Below, piece by piece: positions 27,894-37,457 of a stretch of 64,000 bases of DNA. The notes beneath the pieces are model-generated. The model worked only from the letters and a program-made list of their open reading frames with translations, had not been told where the DNA came from and searched no databases. Numbering within the stretch: the stretch's first letter is position 1; each line of letters begins with the position of its first letter. Source of the stretch: an uncultured Chloroflexia bacterium. GTDB lineage: Bacteria > Chloroflexota > Limnocylindria > Limnocylindrales > CSP1-4. The translations under genes were made by a program, and so were the position numbers. The stretch covers positions 160,001 to 224,000 of the forward strand of contig CAWHXD010000006.1 in the NCBI GenBank assembly GCA_963833225.1. Reading direction: 5' to 3'.

Positions 27894-28388
27894 TCAGGCG
27901 TTCGCGGCGATCGCCTTGGGCGAGTCATGCGGCCCCGACACCAGGACCTCGGCCTGCTGATCCTCGGTGCCCGGTGACCGGACCAGGTAGCTGTGGTGGA
28001 TCACCAGCTCACCCGAGGCGAGCGTCGAGCCCACGGCGCAGTACTTGGTGGCCGACAGCTCGATCGAACGGGCGACGGCCGCGACGTCGATCCCATCGCC
28101 GTCCACCACGTGGACCACGTCGAAGCGGGTGAAGTTGTTGGGATGCGCCTCGACCTGCTCACCGCTCACACGCAGCTCGTAGCGCGTGACCGGCTGGCGC
28201 TTCTTGCGCAGGATCGAGATCACGTCCATGGCCGTGCAGCCGGCCAGGGCGACGCCGACCAGCTCGGACGGGCGGGCCCCGGTGTCGCTCTCGCCGTTGT
28301 CCATGACGATCGTGTGGCCGCTGCCGACCACGGCCTCGAACCGCATGTCGTCGTTGGTCAGGAGAAGCGTGGCGGTCTTGGTGCTCAT
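27894..28388 (-). CDS. OsmC family protein
   Basis: GARPSELVGVALAGCTAMDVISILRKKR ... SATKYCAV. Confidence 0.88.
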   Translation of the reverse strand: MSTKTATLLLTNDDMRFEAVVGSGHTIVMDNGESDTGARPSELVGVALAGCTAMDVISILRKKRQPVTRYELRVSGEQVEAHPNNFTRFDVVHVVDGDGIDVAAVARSIELSATKYCAVGSTLASGELVIHHSYLVRSPGTEDQQAEVLVSGPHDSPKAIAANA

Positions 28389-28810
28389 GCGGCGGACTCC
28401 GTGACGGGGAACTGTGACGCGACGACGCCGATGGCACGGACGAGGCGGGCCCGAACGTCGCCGGCCACCTCGTCGACGCGGGGATCGCCAACCAGCCCGA
28501 GGACCGCCTGGGGATCCATCGCCTCGACCACGACCGAGTCACCGTCGGCGCGGACGACGACGTTGCAGGGCAGGAGGGCGCCGATCGCCGGATCGGTCGT
28601 CAGCGCGCGGTGCGCGAGCGGCGGGTTGCAGGCCCCGAGAATGACGTACGGGGTGAGATCCACGTCCAGCCGGGCCTTCATGGTCGCGGCAACGTCGATC
28701 TCGGTGAGCACGCCGAAACCCTCCGTCCGGAGCGCGGCGACCGTGCCTTCCCGGATGTCGGCGAAGGCACCGGCGACGCGGGCGCCAAACGAATAGCGGG
28801 CGTCGAACAT
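28385..28810 (-). CDS. DUF302 family protein
   Basis: GFGVLTEIDV, YVILGACNPPLA, IGALLPCNVVV. Confidence 0.9.
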   Translation of the reverse strand: MFDARYSFGARVAGAFADIREGTVAALRTEGFGVLTEIDVAATMKARLDVDLTPYVILGACNPPLAHRALTTDPAIGALLPCNVVVRADGDSVVVEAMDPQAVLGLVGDPRVDEVAGDVRARLVRAIGVVASQFPVTESAA

Positions 28811-28850
28811 GATCTCCCTCTGTGGCATGGGCTCGTATGGTGCCACTTGT

Positions 28851-28866
28851 TTGCGTAATTGCGCAA
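28851..28866. promoter_or_regulatory. Near-palindromic operator candidate between divergent DUF302 and DUF59 genes
   Basis: TTGCGTAATTGCGCAA in an AT-rich patch. Confidence 0.5.
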
Positions 28867-28944
28867 GTAGGCGAACGGCCCTGTGACCCCGGTCCTGGCG
28901 GCCCGTTCTGCCATACCCGAGTCCGGTGGTAGGATTTCCCGGCG

Positions 28945-29286
28945 ATGACCGATACCCAACCCTCGACCGAGCCTGCAGTCCAGCCCGCCGACGCCGCGTT
29001 TGACGCCCAGCGCCGCGCGACCGAGCTCGCCATCCTCGACGCGCTGCGCGCCGTGGTGGACCCGGAGATCGGGATGAACGTGGTGGAGCTTGCGCTGATC
29101 AGGCAGATCATCCTCGGCCCCGATTCGACCGAGGTGAAGATGATCCTGACCACGCCCTTCTGCCCCTATGCCGGCGCCATGATCCAGCAGGTAAAGGAGC
29201 AGGCCGAGAGCGTCGTGGACCACCCCGTCAAGGTCACCCTGCTGGCGGAGCGCTGGGACCCGCGCGACGCCGGCCTGATGTGGTGA
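28945..29286 (+). CDS. DUF59/SufT metal-sulfur cluster assembly factor
   Basis: LRAVVDPEIGMNVVELALI, LTTPFCP. Confidence 0.88.
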   Translation: MTDTQPSTEPAVQPADAAFDAQRRATELAILDALRAVVDPEIGMNVVELALIRQIILGPDSTEVKMILTTPFCPYAGAMIQQVKEQAESVVDHPVKVTLLAERWDPRDAGLMW

Positions 29287-29963
29287 GCGATCCACGAATC
29301 GACTACGAGAGCGCCGTCGCGACCGGTCGGGGAGATGACGGCACCACCGCGCTGCTGTTCGGCGGCGACCGGGTCAACAAGGATGACCTTCGAACCGAGG
29401 CGTATGGGGCCGTGGACGAGGCCGTCGCTGCCCTTGGTCTCGCGCGCGCCGAGCTGTCCGCGATGGCCCAGTCCGGGACGCTGACGCCCTACCTCGGGCG
29501 CCTCAACGAGCTCGTCCTGCGCATCCAGCGCGAGCTGTTCGTGGTGGGGGCCGAGCTGGCGACCAACCCCGAGGCGCGGGCCAAGGCGCGCGACGATGTG
29601 ACCCGTGTCTCGCAGCAGATGCTCGAGGGCATGGACGAGATGCTCCGCGAGATCGAAGCCCAGATCGTCCTCCCCAAGGAGTTCGTGGTCCCGGGCGAGA
29701 CGCGGCTGTCGGCCGGCCTCGAGATGGGGCGGACGGTCCTGCGGCGTGCCGAGCGGCGTGCCGTGACGCTGTCGCTCAACGATGAGGGGCTCGCCGACAG
29801 CCGGCTCCTCTCGTACCTCAACCGACTGGCCGACCTGCTGTGGGTCCTGGCCCGGGCGGCCGAGCAGGCGGAGGCGCACGCATCGACGGTCGCCCGCCCC
29901 GACCGGCGAGCCACCGGTGCCACAGCGGGTGCGGCAGCCTCACCCGAGCGGGACAACCACTGA
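29283..29963 (+). CDS. PduO-type cob(I)alamin adenosyltransferase
   Basis: TGRGDDGTT, EAYGAVDE, RRAER, YLNRLADLL. Confidence 0.88.
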   Translation: MSDPRIDYESAVATGRGDDGTTALLFGGDRVNKDDLRTEAYGAVDEAVAALGLARAELSAMAQSGTLTPYLGRLNELVLRIQRELFVVGAELATNPEARAKARDDVTRVSQQMLEGMDEMLREIEAQIVLPKEFVVPGETRLSAGLEMGRTVLRRAERRAVTLSLNDEGLADSRLLSYLNRLADLLWVLARAAEQAEAHASTVARPDRRATGATAGAAASPERDNH

Positions 29964-29999
29964 GCGGAACCCCGGGACACCCGGAACCCCCGGAACCCC

Positions 30000-32900
30000 T
30001 TACGCGCCCCCGATGCCCGGCGCCGGCGCTCGCGTCTCCAGCACCGCCGGCGCGCCAAGTGACGCGGCCAGGAGCGCCTCAATGCCGGCGCCCGGGAGCG
30101 GGCGCGAGAACAGATAACCCTGTCCGCGGTCGCATGCGAGCTCGCGCAGCGACGCCAGCTGCGTGTCGGTCTCGATCCCCTCGGCAACCACGTCCATCCC
30201 GAGCCCGTGCGCGAGCGCGACAACGGCCTGCACGATCGGCGTGGACTCGAGCTCCGTGCCGAGCCCGGACACGAATGAGCGGTCCACCTTGATCGTGTCG
30301 AGCGGCAGCTGGAGCAGGTACGACAGGGACGAGTAGCCGGTTCCGAAATCGTCGAGCGCCAGCCTCACCCCAAGGGCGCGCAGTCCACGGAGTCGCTCCA
30401 CCGACGCCTCCGTCTGGTCCATGACCACGCTCTCGGTGATCTCCAGCTCGAGGCACCCGGGGTCCAGGGCGGCGTGGTCCAGGATCATGGCCACGGTCGC
30501 GATGAGGCCGGACTCCGCGAACTGGCGGGCTGACAGGTTGACCGACATGGACAGGCCGGCCGCGGTCGGGAACCGCCGCTGCCACTCGCGAAGCTGGTCA
30601 CAGGCCGTCTCCAGCACCCAGCGCCCGATCGGGAGGATGAGGCCCGTGTCCTCGGCAAGCGGGATGAACGAGAGCGGCGGCATCATCCCGCGCGTGGGAT
30701 GCTCCCAGCGCAGCAGCGCTTCCATGCCCCGGATCTCACCCGTCTCCAGGCTGACCAGCGGCTGATACTGGAGCCGCAGCTCCGACCGCTCGATGGCCCG
30801 GTGCAGGTCGTGCTCCAGCGTCGTCCGCTCCAGCATCTGGGCGTGCATCTCGGGGTCGAACAGGATGGTCGTCCGGACCGGGTCCGACTTCGCGCGATGC
30901 AGGGCGATCTCCGCCTGCTTGAGGAGCTCGAACGGGTGCCCGAGGGCGGGGCTGCCAACCGCGATGCCCATGCTGGCGCCGACGGAGATGTCATCGCCGC
31001 CGAGATCGAACGGCTCCGCGATCGCTGCCTCGATGCGCCCCGCCACCCGCTCCGCCTCGCGCGCGCTTCGTACCCGCCCCAGCAGGATCCCGAACTCGTC
31101 CGACCCCAGCCGCGCGACCGTGTCGGTGGTGCGTGCGGCCACCTCCAGCCGCCGGCCGACCTCCGCGAGCAGCTGGTCTCCGGCCGCATGCCCGAGACTC
31201 TCGTTGACGACCTTGAACCGGTCCAGATCGAGCAGGATGAGCGCGATCCGGCCTGGCGACACGCGGCGCCGGCCCTGGTCGCGCTCGTCGAGGTCCACCA
31301 GCTCCGCGAGGCGGTTGAGGAGCAGGGTCCGGTTGGGGAGCCCGGTGAGCGAATCGTGCAGGGCTGCGTGCGCCCGCTGGCGGACCTCGGTCTGGGCCCG
31401 TTCGAAGAGGCGGGCATTGTCCAGCGCGATCGAGGCAAGCTGCGCGAACCGGGCCAGCGTTTCGACCTCGCGCTGGCTGAACGGCCGGGACGCGTCGCCC
31501 GACGCCAGTCCGATCAGGCCCAGCACCTCACCCCCCGACGTCAGCGGCACCGCGCAGACCGCCCCGAACACCTCGGACGGAAGGTCCGGCGAGCGGTCGG
31601 GGTAGGCGGCATAGTCGTCCACCACCACCGGCTGGCCGCTGCGGACCACGGCCCAGCCCACTCCGGCCCCGGCCGGTAGGCGGTACCCGTCGTATTCCGC
31701 GAAGTTGCCGATGCCAACGCGAGCCACGAGATCCAGCCCACCGTCGGGTTCCAGGCCTTCCTCGAGGAGATAGAGAAAGCCGTGGGCGACGCCCACCAGC
31801 CCGGCGGCCCGCCGGACGATCTCTGCCAGCAGCTCACGGGGCTCGAGTCGCTCCAGCAGCCGGAGCGTGGTCTCGTCGACGGCGGCGAGGTAGAGGTCGC
31901 GGGTCGGGTCCTCTCGGGACAGCCGGGCGCGACCAGACGGCTTGGCGAGATACAGGGCTTGGTCGGCGACCGCGACGAGCGCATCCTTGTCCTGCGCGTC
32001 CTCCGGGAAGTGCGCGATGCCCACGCTGACCGTCACGGGCGGACCATGAACCTGGGTCAGCCGCGCGACCGCGGACCGGATGCGCTCCGCCACCACGTGC
32101 GAGCCTGGCCGGTCGGCGCCGGGCAGCAGGACGGCGAACTCGTCGCCGCCGTAGCGGTAGACGGAATCGCCGTCACGCAGCGAGTCCTTCATCGCCGCCG
32201 CGACCCTGGCCAGCAGCGCGTCCCCGGCCGGGTGTCCGTGGGTGTCGTTGTAGGCCTTGAAGGCATCGAGGTCGAGCATGAGCAGGGCGAACGGCGCTCC
32301 CTCGTCCAGCATCGCTCCGGCCTGCCGCTGGAAGGCACCGTGATTGTGGATGCCCGTCAGCACGTCCTGCTCGGCGGCGGTGACGGCCGCGCCGTGGGTC
32401 TCGGCGTTGCTCAGCGCGATCGACGCCTGGCCGGCGAACAGCTGGACAAGCTCGAACTCGTCCCGGCTGAAGTGCGACGTTTCGCCGCCCATCCGGGAGA
32501 CATTGAGCGTGCCGATGACCTCGCCGGCCGCGAGCAGCGGGCAGACGATCATGGACTCGGATTCCTCGGGCGTGCCGGGGATCTGGACGACCCTGGGGTC
32601 GAGGTGGGCATCGTTGGCGAGCACGGCTTCGCTGTTGCGGATCACCCAGCCGGTGAGCCCGACGTCCAGCGGCCCCTCGTGCGACAGGATCAGATCGGCG
32701 AACCGGTCGCGTGACACGACGGCGCGACGGATCAAGTGCGCCCAGTCAAGCCGGTAGATCGTCAGCGAGTCGTAGGCCACGACCGACTTCAGGGAGTCGG
32801 CGATCAGCTCGAGCACGCTGGCCGGTTCGAGCGTGGCCATCAGCTGCCCGTTGACCTCGAGCAGTCGACGCTGGCTTTCGAGCCGGTGATGCAGCTCCTG

Positions 32901-34007
32901 CTGCTGGCGACGGACCTGTCCGAAGGCGTCCGCGTTGACCATCGCCTGGGCCGCGTATCCCGCGAAGATCTCGAGCGTCCGCTGGTCGTCCTCGGAGTAC
33001 CTGTCGTAGCCCATCTTCGAGAGGACGATGACGCCCAGCACGCGTGACTCATAGGACATCGGCACGAGCAGCATCAATTCCACGCCGCGGTCTCCGCCCA
33101 ACTGCCGGCCACGCGGATCCGCCCGTGCGTCGCCCAGGCAGATCGACTCGTTGTGGAGCGCCACCCAGCCCGTGAGTCCCTCGCCGACCCGGAGGCGCAG
33201 CTGGTCCGTCGTGGGCCGCCCGATCCCCAGGAACTCGCCCTGGAAGGCGACCGGCTCGCAGGTCTGCGTGCGCTGGTCCACGCGATAGACCCGGATCGTG
33301 TCGTGGGCGATGAGCCGATCGGCCTCGGCCACGATCGCCTCACCGATGCCCTCGACCTCCTGGATCCGGTTGAGCCGCGACGACAGCTCCTGGATCGCCC
33401 TGAGCCGGGCGGCACCCTCGCGGACCGAGGTGTAGAGCCGGGCATTGGTCACGGCGATGGCCATCTGGCTCGCGAAGGTCGTGCACAGCTCCAGCTCGTC
33501 GGGAGTCCACTCGAATCGGGTGCGGTGGTACAGGACGAGCAGCCCAACCGCCTCGTCGCGGAACACGAGCGGGACGAAGTTGACGGTCCGGAAATCCAGC
33601 CTGGCGTACAGGTCGGCGAACTTGGGGGCGGTCGATGGGTCGTCGACCACGATCGGGCGCCGCTCGTTCAGGGCGCGCATCCCCATGGTCGGCTCGCCGC
33701 GAGTGACGGCGCCCGCGGCGTCGATCAGCTCCTGCGTCAGGCCGTGGTGGGCGGCAAGGCGCAGCGGATGGCGGCCCGGGTCGTGCAGCCACAGTCCAGC
33801 GACATCCGTGCCGAACAGCGAGCGCGCGGAGGCGAGCACGGCCTCGAAGACCTGGTCGAGCTCAAGGCTGGCGCTGGTCTCGGCGACCACCCGGCCCAGC
33901 ACGCTGGCTCGAGCCTGGGCCGCATGGACCCGCTTCGTTCGGGCAAGCGGGGTCTCGCGCGCGCGGCGCGCGGTGGAGGGCTGCGTGCTCTCGTTCGCGA
34001 CGGTCAT
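30000..34007 (-). CDS. GAF-GAF-GAF-GGDEF-GAF-GGDEF(GSDEF)-EAL c-di-GMP signalling protein
   Basis: RYGGDEF, RLGSDEF, EALLRW, DDFGTGYSS, EGIET, QGYLFSRP; repeated GAF ends such as FASQMAIAVTNARLY. Confidence 0.92.
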   Translation of the reverse strand: MTVANESTQPSTARRARETPLARTKRVHAAQARASVLGRVVAETSASLELDQVFEAVLASARSLFGTDVAGLWLHDPGRHPLRLAAHHGLTQELIDAAGAVTRGEPTMGMRALNERRPIVVDDPSTAPKFADLYARLDFRTVNFVPLVFRDEAVGLLVLYHRTRFEWTPDELELCTTFASQMAIAVTNARLYTSVREGAARLRAIQELSSRLNRIQEVEGIGEAIVAEADRLIAHDTIRVYRVDQRTQTCEPVAFQGEFLGIGRPTTDQLRLRVGEGLTGWVALHNESICLGDARADPRGRQLGGDRGVELMLLVPMSYESRVLGVIVLSKMGYDRYSEDDQRTLEIFAGYAAQAMVNADAFGQVRRQQQELHHRLESQRRLLEVNGQLMATLEPASVLELIADSLKSVVAYDSLTIYRLDWAHLIRRAVVSRDRFADLILSHEGPLDVGLTGWVIRNSEAVLANDAHLDPRVVQIPGTPEESESMIVCPLLAAGEVIGTLNVSRMGGETSHFSRDEFELVQLFAGQASIALSNAETHGAAVTAAEQDVLTGIHNHGAFQRQAGAMLDEGAPFALLMLDLDAFKAYNDTHGHPAGDALLARVAAAMKDSLRDGDSVYRYGGDEFAVLLPGADRPGSHVVAERIRSAVARLTQVHGPPVTVSVGIAHFPEDAQDKDALVAVADQALYLAKPSGRARLSREDPTRDLYLAAVDETTLRLLERLEPRELLAEIVRRAAGLVGVAHGFLYLLEEGLEPDGGLDLVARVGIGNFAEYDGYRLPAGAGVGWAVVRSGQPVVVDDYAAYPDRSPDLPSEVFGAVCAVPLTSGGEVLGLIGLASGDASRPFSQREVETLARFAQLASIALDNARLFERAQTEVRQRAHAALHDSLTGLPNRTLLLNRLAELVDLDERDQGRRRVSPGRIALILLDLDRFKVVNESLGHAAGDQLLAEVGRRLEVAARTTDTVARLGSDEFGILLGRVRSAREAERVAGRIEAAIAEPFDLGGDDISVGASMGIAVGSPALGHPFELLKQAEIALHRAKSDPVRTTILFDPEMHAQMLERTTLEHDLHRAIERSELRLQYQPLVSLETGEIRGMEALLRWEHPTRGMMPPLSFIPLAEDTGLILPIGRWVLETACDQLREWQRRFPTAAGLSMSVNLSARQFAESGLIATVAMILDHAALDPGCLELEITESVVMDQTEASVERLRGLRALGVRLALDDFGTGYSSLSYLLQLPLDTIKVDRSFVSGLGTELESTPIVQAVVALAHGLGMDVVAEGIETDTQLASLRELACDRGQGYLFSRPLPGAGIEALLAASLGAPAVLETRAPAPGIGGA

Positions 34008-34283
34008 GCGAAGGCGTCATCCCTCGACCTCAGCGGGGCAGCGGGAACGCCAACCCAGAGGTGTCAACTCGCACCGTACCGGTCGGACGCCCCACGCACG
34101 ATAGGCCGGAGGTACCGGGTGGCGCGGCCGCCCCCTTGCCGCCGATCTTGGATGCCGTGCCCGGGGGCCCGGTTTAGACGGGCGGTTTGGCCGTTCGTCG
34201 CCGGCGGGACCCTGTGCACCATGGACCTTTGTCCACCCGTCCCATGGTCGCCGGACACGGCGACCGAGCGAGGATCCAAGCGC

Positions 34284-36869
34284 ATGAGCCTCGACGCGGT
34301 GGTTGGGCGGCAGCCCGACCCGTTCCTTCCCCTTCCGGCCCTGACGGTCGCCGCCGCCCGCACCGAGGCGGAGCGCTGCCTCTACTGCGTGGACGCGCCG
34401 TGCGCGACCGCCTGCCCGACGAGCATCGATGTGCCGTCGTTCATCCGCAAGATCGCGACCGACAACCTCGATGGGAGCGCGCGGACCATCCTGGCCGCCA
34501 ACCCGCTGGGGGCCACCTGCGGGGCCGCGTGCCCGGTGGAACGCCTGTGCGAAGGGGCGTGCGTTCACAACGAGATGGGCAACCGGCCGATCGAGATCGG
34601 GCGGCTGCAGCGGTATGCCGTGGAGCAGCTGGCGGCATCCGAGCGGCCGTTCTTCGTGCCTGGCGAGGACGCCGGGAAGTCGGTGGCCGTGGTTGGCGCC
34701 GGACCGGCGGGCCTTGCGTGTGCGGTTGTCCTTCGCAAGGCCGGCGTGGCTGTCACGATCTACGACGCCCACGAGCGGGCCGGCGGGCTGGCCGACCACG
34801 GGATCGTGCCATGGCGCCTGCCACGCGAGACCGTGGCCATGGAGGTCGCCGAAGTCGAGCGAGCAGGCGCGCGGATCCTGACCGGCACGATGGTCGGGCG
34901 CGACGTCGAGGCCGCTGACCTGCTGGCGGTCAACGATGGCATCGTCGTCGCCACCGGTCTCGGCCACTGCAAGCCGTTGGGGATCCCCGGCGAGGAGCTG
35001 AGCGGGGTCGTTGACGCCCTCGACGTGATCGGGCGCGCCATCGCCGGTGGCGAGGAGCCTGCCCTGGGGCGGCGGGTCGCCGTCATCGGTGGTGGCAGCA
35101 CGGCGTTCGACGCGGCCGCCGCGGCCGTCCGTTTGGGCGCCGAGGAGGTCACGCTGTTCTACCGGCGGGGCGCCGCCGAGTGTCCCGCGTACCCCCACGC
35201 CATCGATCTCGTGCGCTCATTGGGCGCGATGGTTCGCTGGCTGGCCGCGCCCGTCGAGGTCCTGGGCGGCACGCACGTCACCGGGATCGCCCTCGAGGCG
35301 ATGTCTCTCGGGGAGCCCGACGCGTCCGGGCGCCGCCGGCCCGTGCCGGTTCCGGACTCGCGGTTCGAGGTCCGCGTCGACACGGTCATCCGCGCCGTCG
35401 GCCAGGACGGTCCGACCGAGCTGTTGACCGCGCTCGGCATGCCCCTCGAGCACGGGGTGGCACGCGTGGAGCCCGCCACGTTCCGCACCGACGTGCCCAG
35501 GATCTGGGCGATCGGCGACATCACCAGTGGCGGCGCCGAGGTCGTCAACGCCGTCCAGGCCGGCAAGATGGCCGCCGCCTCGATCATCCGCGACCTCGGC
35601 CTGGGCACCCGGATCCAGCCCGTGCGCCCGACGGACGCCACGGTCCCCGGCGTGGACCTGTTCACCGACATCGCGGGCATCCGCAGCCCCAACCCGTTCT
35701 GGCTCGCGAGCTGCCCCATCAGCAACAACGCCGAGATGGTCGCCCGGGCCTTCGACGCGGGCTGGGGCGGCGCCGTCTGGAAGACGGTCGGCGATCCGAT
35801 CCGCAACGTGACCGCCCGCCTGGGCACCTTCAACCAGGGTGGCCGGCGGATCGTCGGGATCAACAACATCGAGCTGATCAGTGACCGCCCGACGGACGTC
35901 AACCTCGCGGAGATCCGCGAGGTCAAGAAGCGCTATCCCAACAACGCCGTGATCCTCAGCCTGATGGTCGAGGCCAAGCGCGAGGCGTGGCACGAGATCC
36001 TGGCCAAGGGCAACGACACCGGCGCGGATGGCTACGAGCTCAACTTTGGCTGCCCGCACGGGATGAGCGAGCGGGGGATGGGCGCGGCCATCGGCCAGGT
36101 CCCGGACTACGTCCAGATGATCACCGAGTGGGTGATGGAGAAGGCGGAGATGCCGGTCCTCGTCAAGCTCACGCCCAACGTCACCGACATCCGCTTCCCC
36201 GCGCGCGCCGCGCGGGCCGCGAAGGCCGACGGCGTCGCCCTGATCAACACCATCTCGTCGCTGATCGGGGTCGACCTCGACACCTGGGCCCCGCTCCCCA
36301 ACGTGCGCGGCAAGGGCACCCACGGCGGCTATGCGGGTCCCGCGGTCAAGCCGATCGCGCTCAACATGGTCTCGCAGGTGGCCGCGGACCCGGAGGTGGG
36401 AATTCCCATCTCGGGCATCGGCGGCATCGAGACCTGGCGCGACGCCGTGGAGTTCATGCTCGCCGGCTCGACCACCGTGCAGGTGGGGACGAGCGTCATG
36501 CACTACGGCTTCCGGCTCGTCGACGACCTCGTCGACGGCCTGTCGGTCTACCTGCGGGACAAGGGTCTCCACTCGCCGAGCGAGCTGGTGGGCAAGGCGC
36601 TGCCGGCGCTCACCGACTGGGGCAACCTCGACCAGGAGTTCCGGCTCCTGGCCCACATCGACCAGCAGCAGTGCATCAACTGCGGCCTGTGCTACGCCGC
36701 CTGCAACGACGGCGCACACCAGGCCATCCGCAAGACCGGCTCCAACGGGACCACGCGGCTGGAGGTCATCGACGACAACTGCGTGGGCTGCCTGCTGTGC
36801 CAGCACGTGTGCCCGGTCGAGGGCGCGATCGAGTTCGAGGAGCTCGAGGGGGCAGCTCCGATCCACTGA
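34284..36869 (+). CDS. preTA: Single-chain dihydropyrimidine dehydrogenase (PreT-PreA fusion)
   Basis: N-half: RCLYCVDAPC..ACP, VGAGPAG, IGGGSTAFD. C-half: NPFWLAS, NNIELIS, ELNFGCPHGMSERGMG, KLTPN, two C-terminal ferredoxin motifs (CINCGLC, CVGCLLC). Confidence 0.92.
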   Translation: MSLDAVVGRQPDPFLPLPALTVAAARTEAERCLYCVDAPCATACPTSIDVPSFIRKIATDNLDGSARTILAANPLGATCGAACPVERLCEGACVHNEMGNRPIEIGRLQRYAVEQLAASERPFFVPGEDAGKSVAVVGAGPAGLACAVVLRKAGVAVTIYDAHERAGGLADHGIVPWRLPRETVAMEVAEVERAGARILTGTMVGRDVEAADLLAVNDGIVVATGLGHCKPLGIPGEELSGVVDALDVIGRAIAGGEEPALGRRVAVIGGGSTAFDAAAAAVRLGAEEVTLFYRRGAAECPAYPHAIDLVRSLGAMVRWLAAPVEVLGGTHVTGIALEAMSLGEPDASGRRRPVPVPDSRFEVRVDTVIRAVGQDGPTELLTALGMPLEHGVARVEPATFRTDVPRIWAIGDITSGGAEVVNAVQAGKMAAASIIRDLGLGTRIQPVRPTDATVPGVDLFTDIAGIRSPNPFWLASCPISNNAEMVARAFDAGWGGAVWKTVGDPIRNVTARLGTFNQGGRRIVGINNIELISDRPTDVNLAEIREVKKRYPNNAVILSLMVEAKREAWHEILAKGNDTGADGYELNFGCPHGMSERGMGAAIGQVPDYVQMITEWVMEKAEMPVLVKLTPNVTDIRFPARAARAAKADGVALINTISSLIGVDLDTWAPLPNVRGKGTHGGYAGPAVKPIALNMVSQVAADPEVGIPISGIGGIETWRDAVEFMLAGSTTVQVGTSVMHYGFRLVDDLVDGLSVYLRDKGLHSPSELVGKALPALTDWGNLDQEFRLLAHIDQQQCINCGLCYAACNDGAHQAIRKTGSNGTTRLEVIDDNCVGCLLCQHVCPVEGAIEFEELEGAAPIH

Positions 36870-36886
36870 CGGTCCGAGAGGGACGG

Positions 36887-36922
36887 ACGAGGCCCCGGGG
36901 TCTGCCCCCGGGGCCTCGTTCT
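36887..36922 (+). terminator. Intrinsic terminator-like hairpin
   Basis: ACGAGGCCCCGGGG-TCTGC-CCCCGGGGCCTCGT followed by TCT, between convergent genes. Confidence 0.7.
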
Positions 36923-36961
36923 GTGTGCGGGGGCCGATCGATTCCGCCCGGCCGCAAGCCG

Positions 36962-37372
36962 TCAGACGCCGGTCGTCGCCGCCTCACCCCACCGGGCGAC
37001 GAGCATTCCGTACAGCACGATGACGTTGACCACCACCGAGCCGATCGTCGAGCCGGTCGTGAACGCGTGCGGGTAGAGCGCCGTGGCCAGCAGCGACACC
37101 GCGGCCGATCCGACCGCCGCCTGGCGCCACCACGCCTGCCCGGTGAGCAGGCCGACCGCCGCGACCAGGAAGCCGGCCATCGGGACCAGGAACAGGACGC
37201 CCGCCCCGAGGCGTGCGACGCTGTCGCCGACGGTGTCCGTGAGCAGCCAGGAGCGACTCGAGACGCCCTCGAACGAGGCCACGCCCCAGGCGGGCAGCCA
37301 GCCCAGCACATGCCCAACGCCGTGTGCTCCGAGCACGCAGCCCGCGACCACCTTGACCAGTCCTGCGTCCAT
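36962..37372 (-). CDS. Small membrane protein (4 TM)
   Basis: HGVGH in TM1, hydrophobic helices; GAGGAG RBS; divergent from tetR. Confidence 0.7.
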   Translation of the reverse strand: MDAGLVKVVAGCVLGAHGVGHVLGWLPAWGVASFEGVSSRSWLLTDTVGDSVARLGAGVLFLVPMAGFLVAAVGLLTGQAWWRQAAVGSAAVSLLATALYPHAFTTGSTIGSVVVNVIVLYGMLVARWGEAATTGV

Positions 37373-37407
37373 CCTGCCGTCTCCTCAGCGTTCGTTGATT
37401 TGCCCGT

Positions 37408-37439
37408 GCGTACAGCGTACGCTTGCGTACGACGTACGC
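37408..37439. promoter_or_regulatory. Tandem TetR-type operators
   Basis: Two GCGTAC-N3-GTACGC palindromes (37408-37422, 37425-37439) between the divergent membrane gene and tetR. Confidence 0.75.
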
Positions 37440-37457
37440 TAACGGTACAGTGGCCGC

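Noticed and set aside
33153-34283. N-terminal 377-aa extension of the 1238-aa ORF
   Set aside because: Largely antisense to the GGDEF/EAL gene; PreT similarity starts at ATG 34284.
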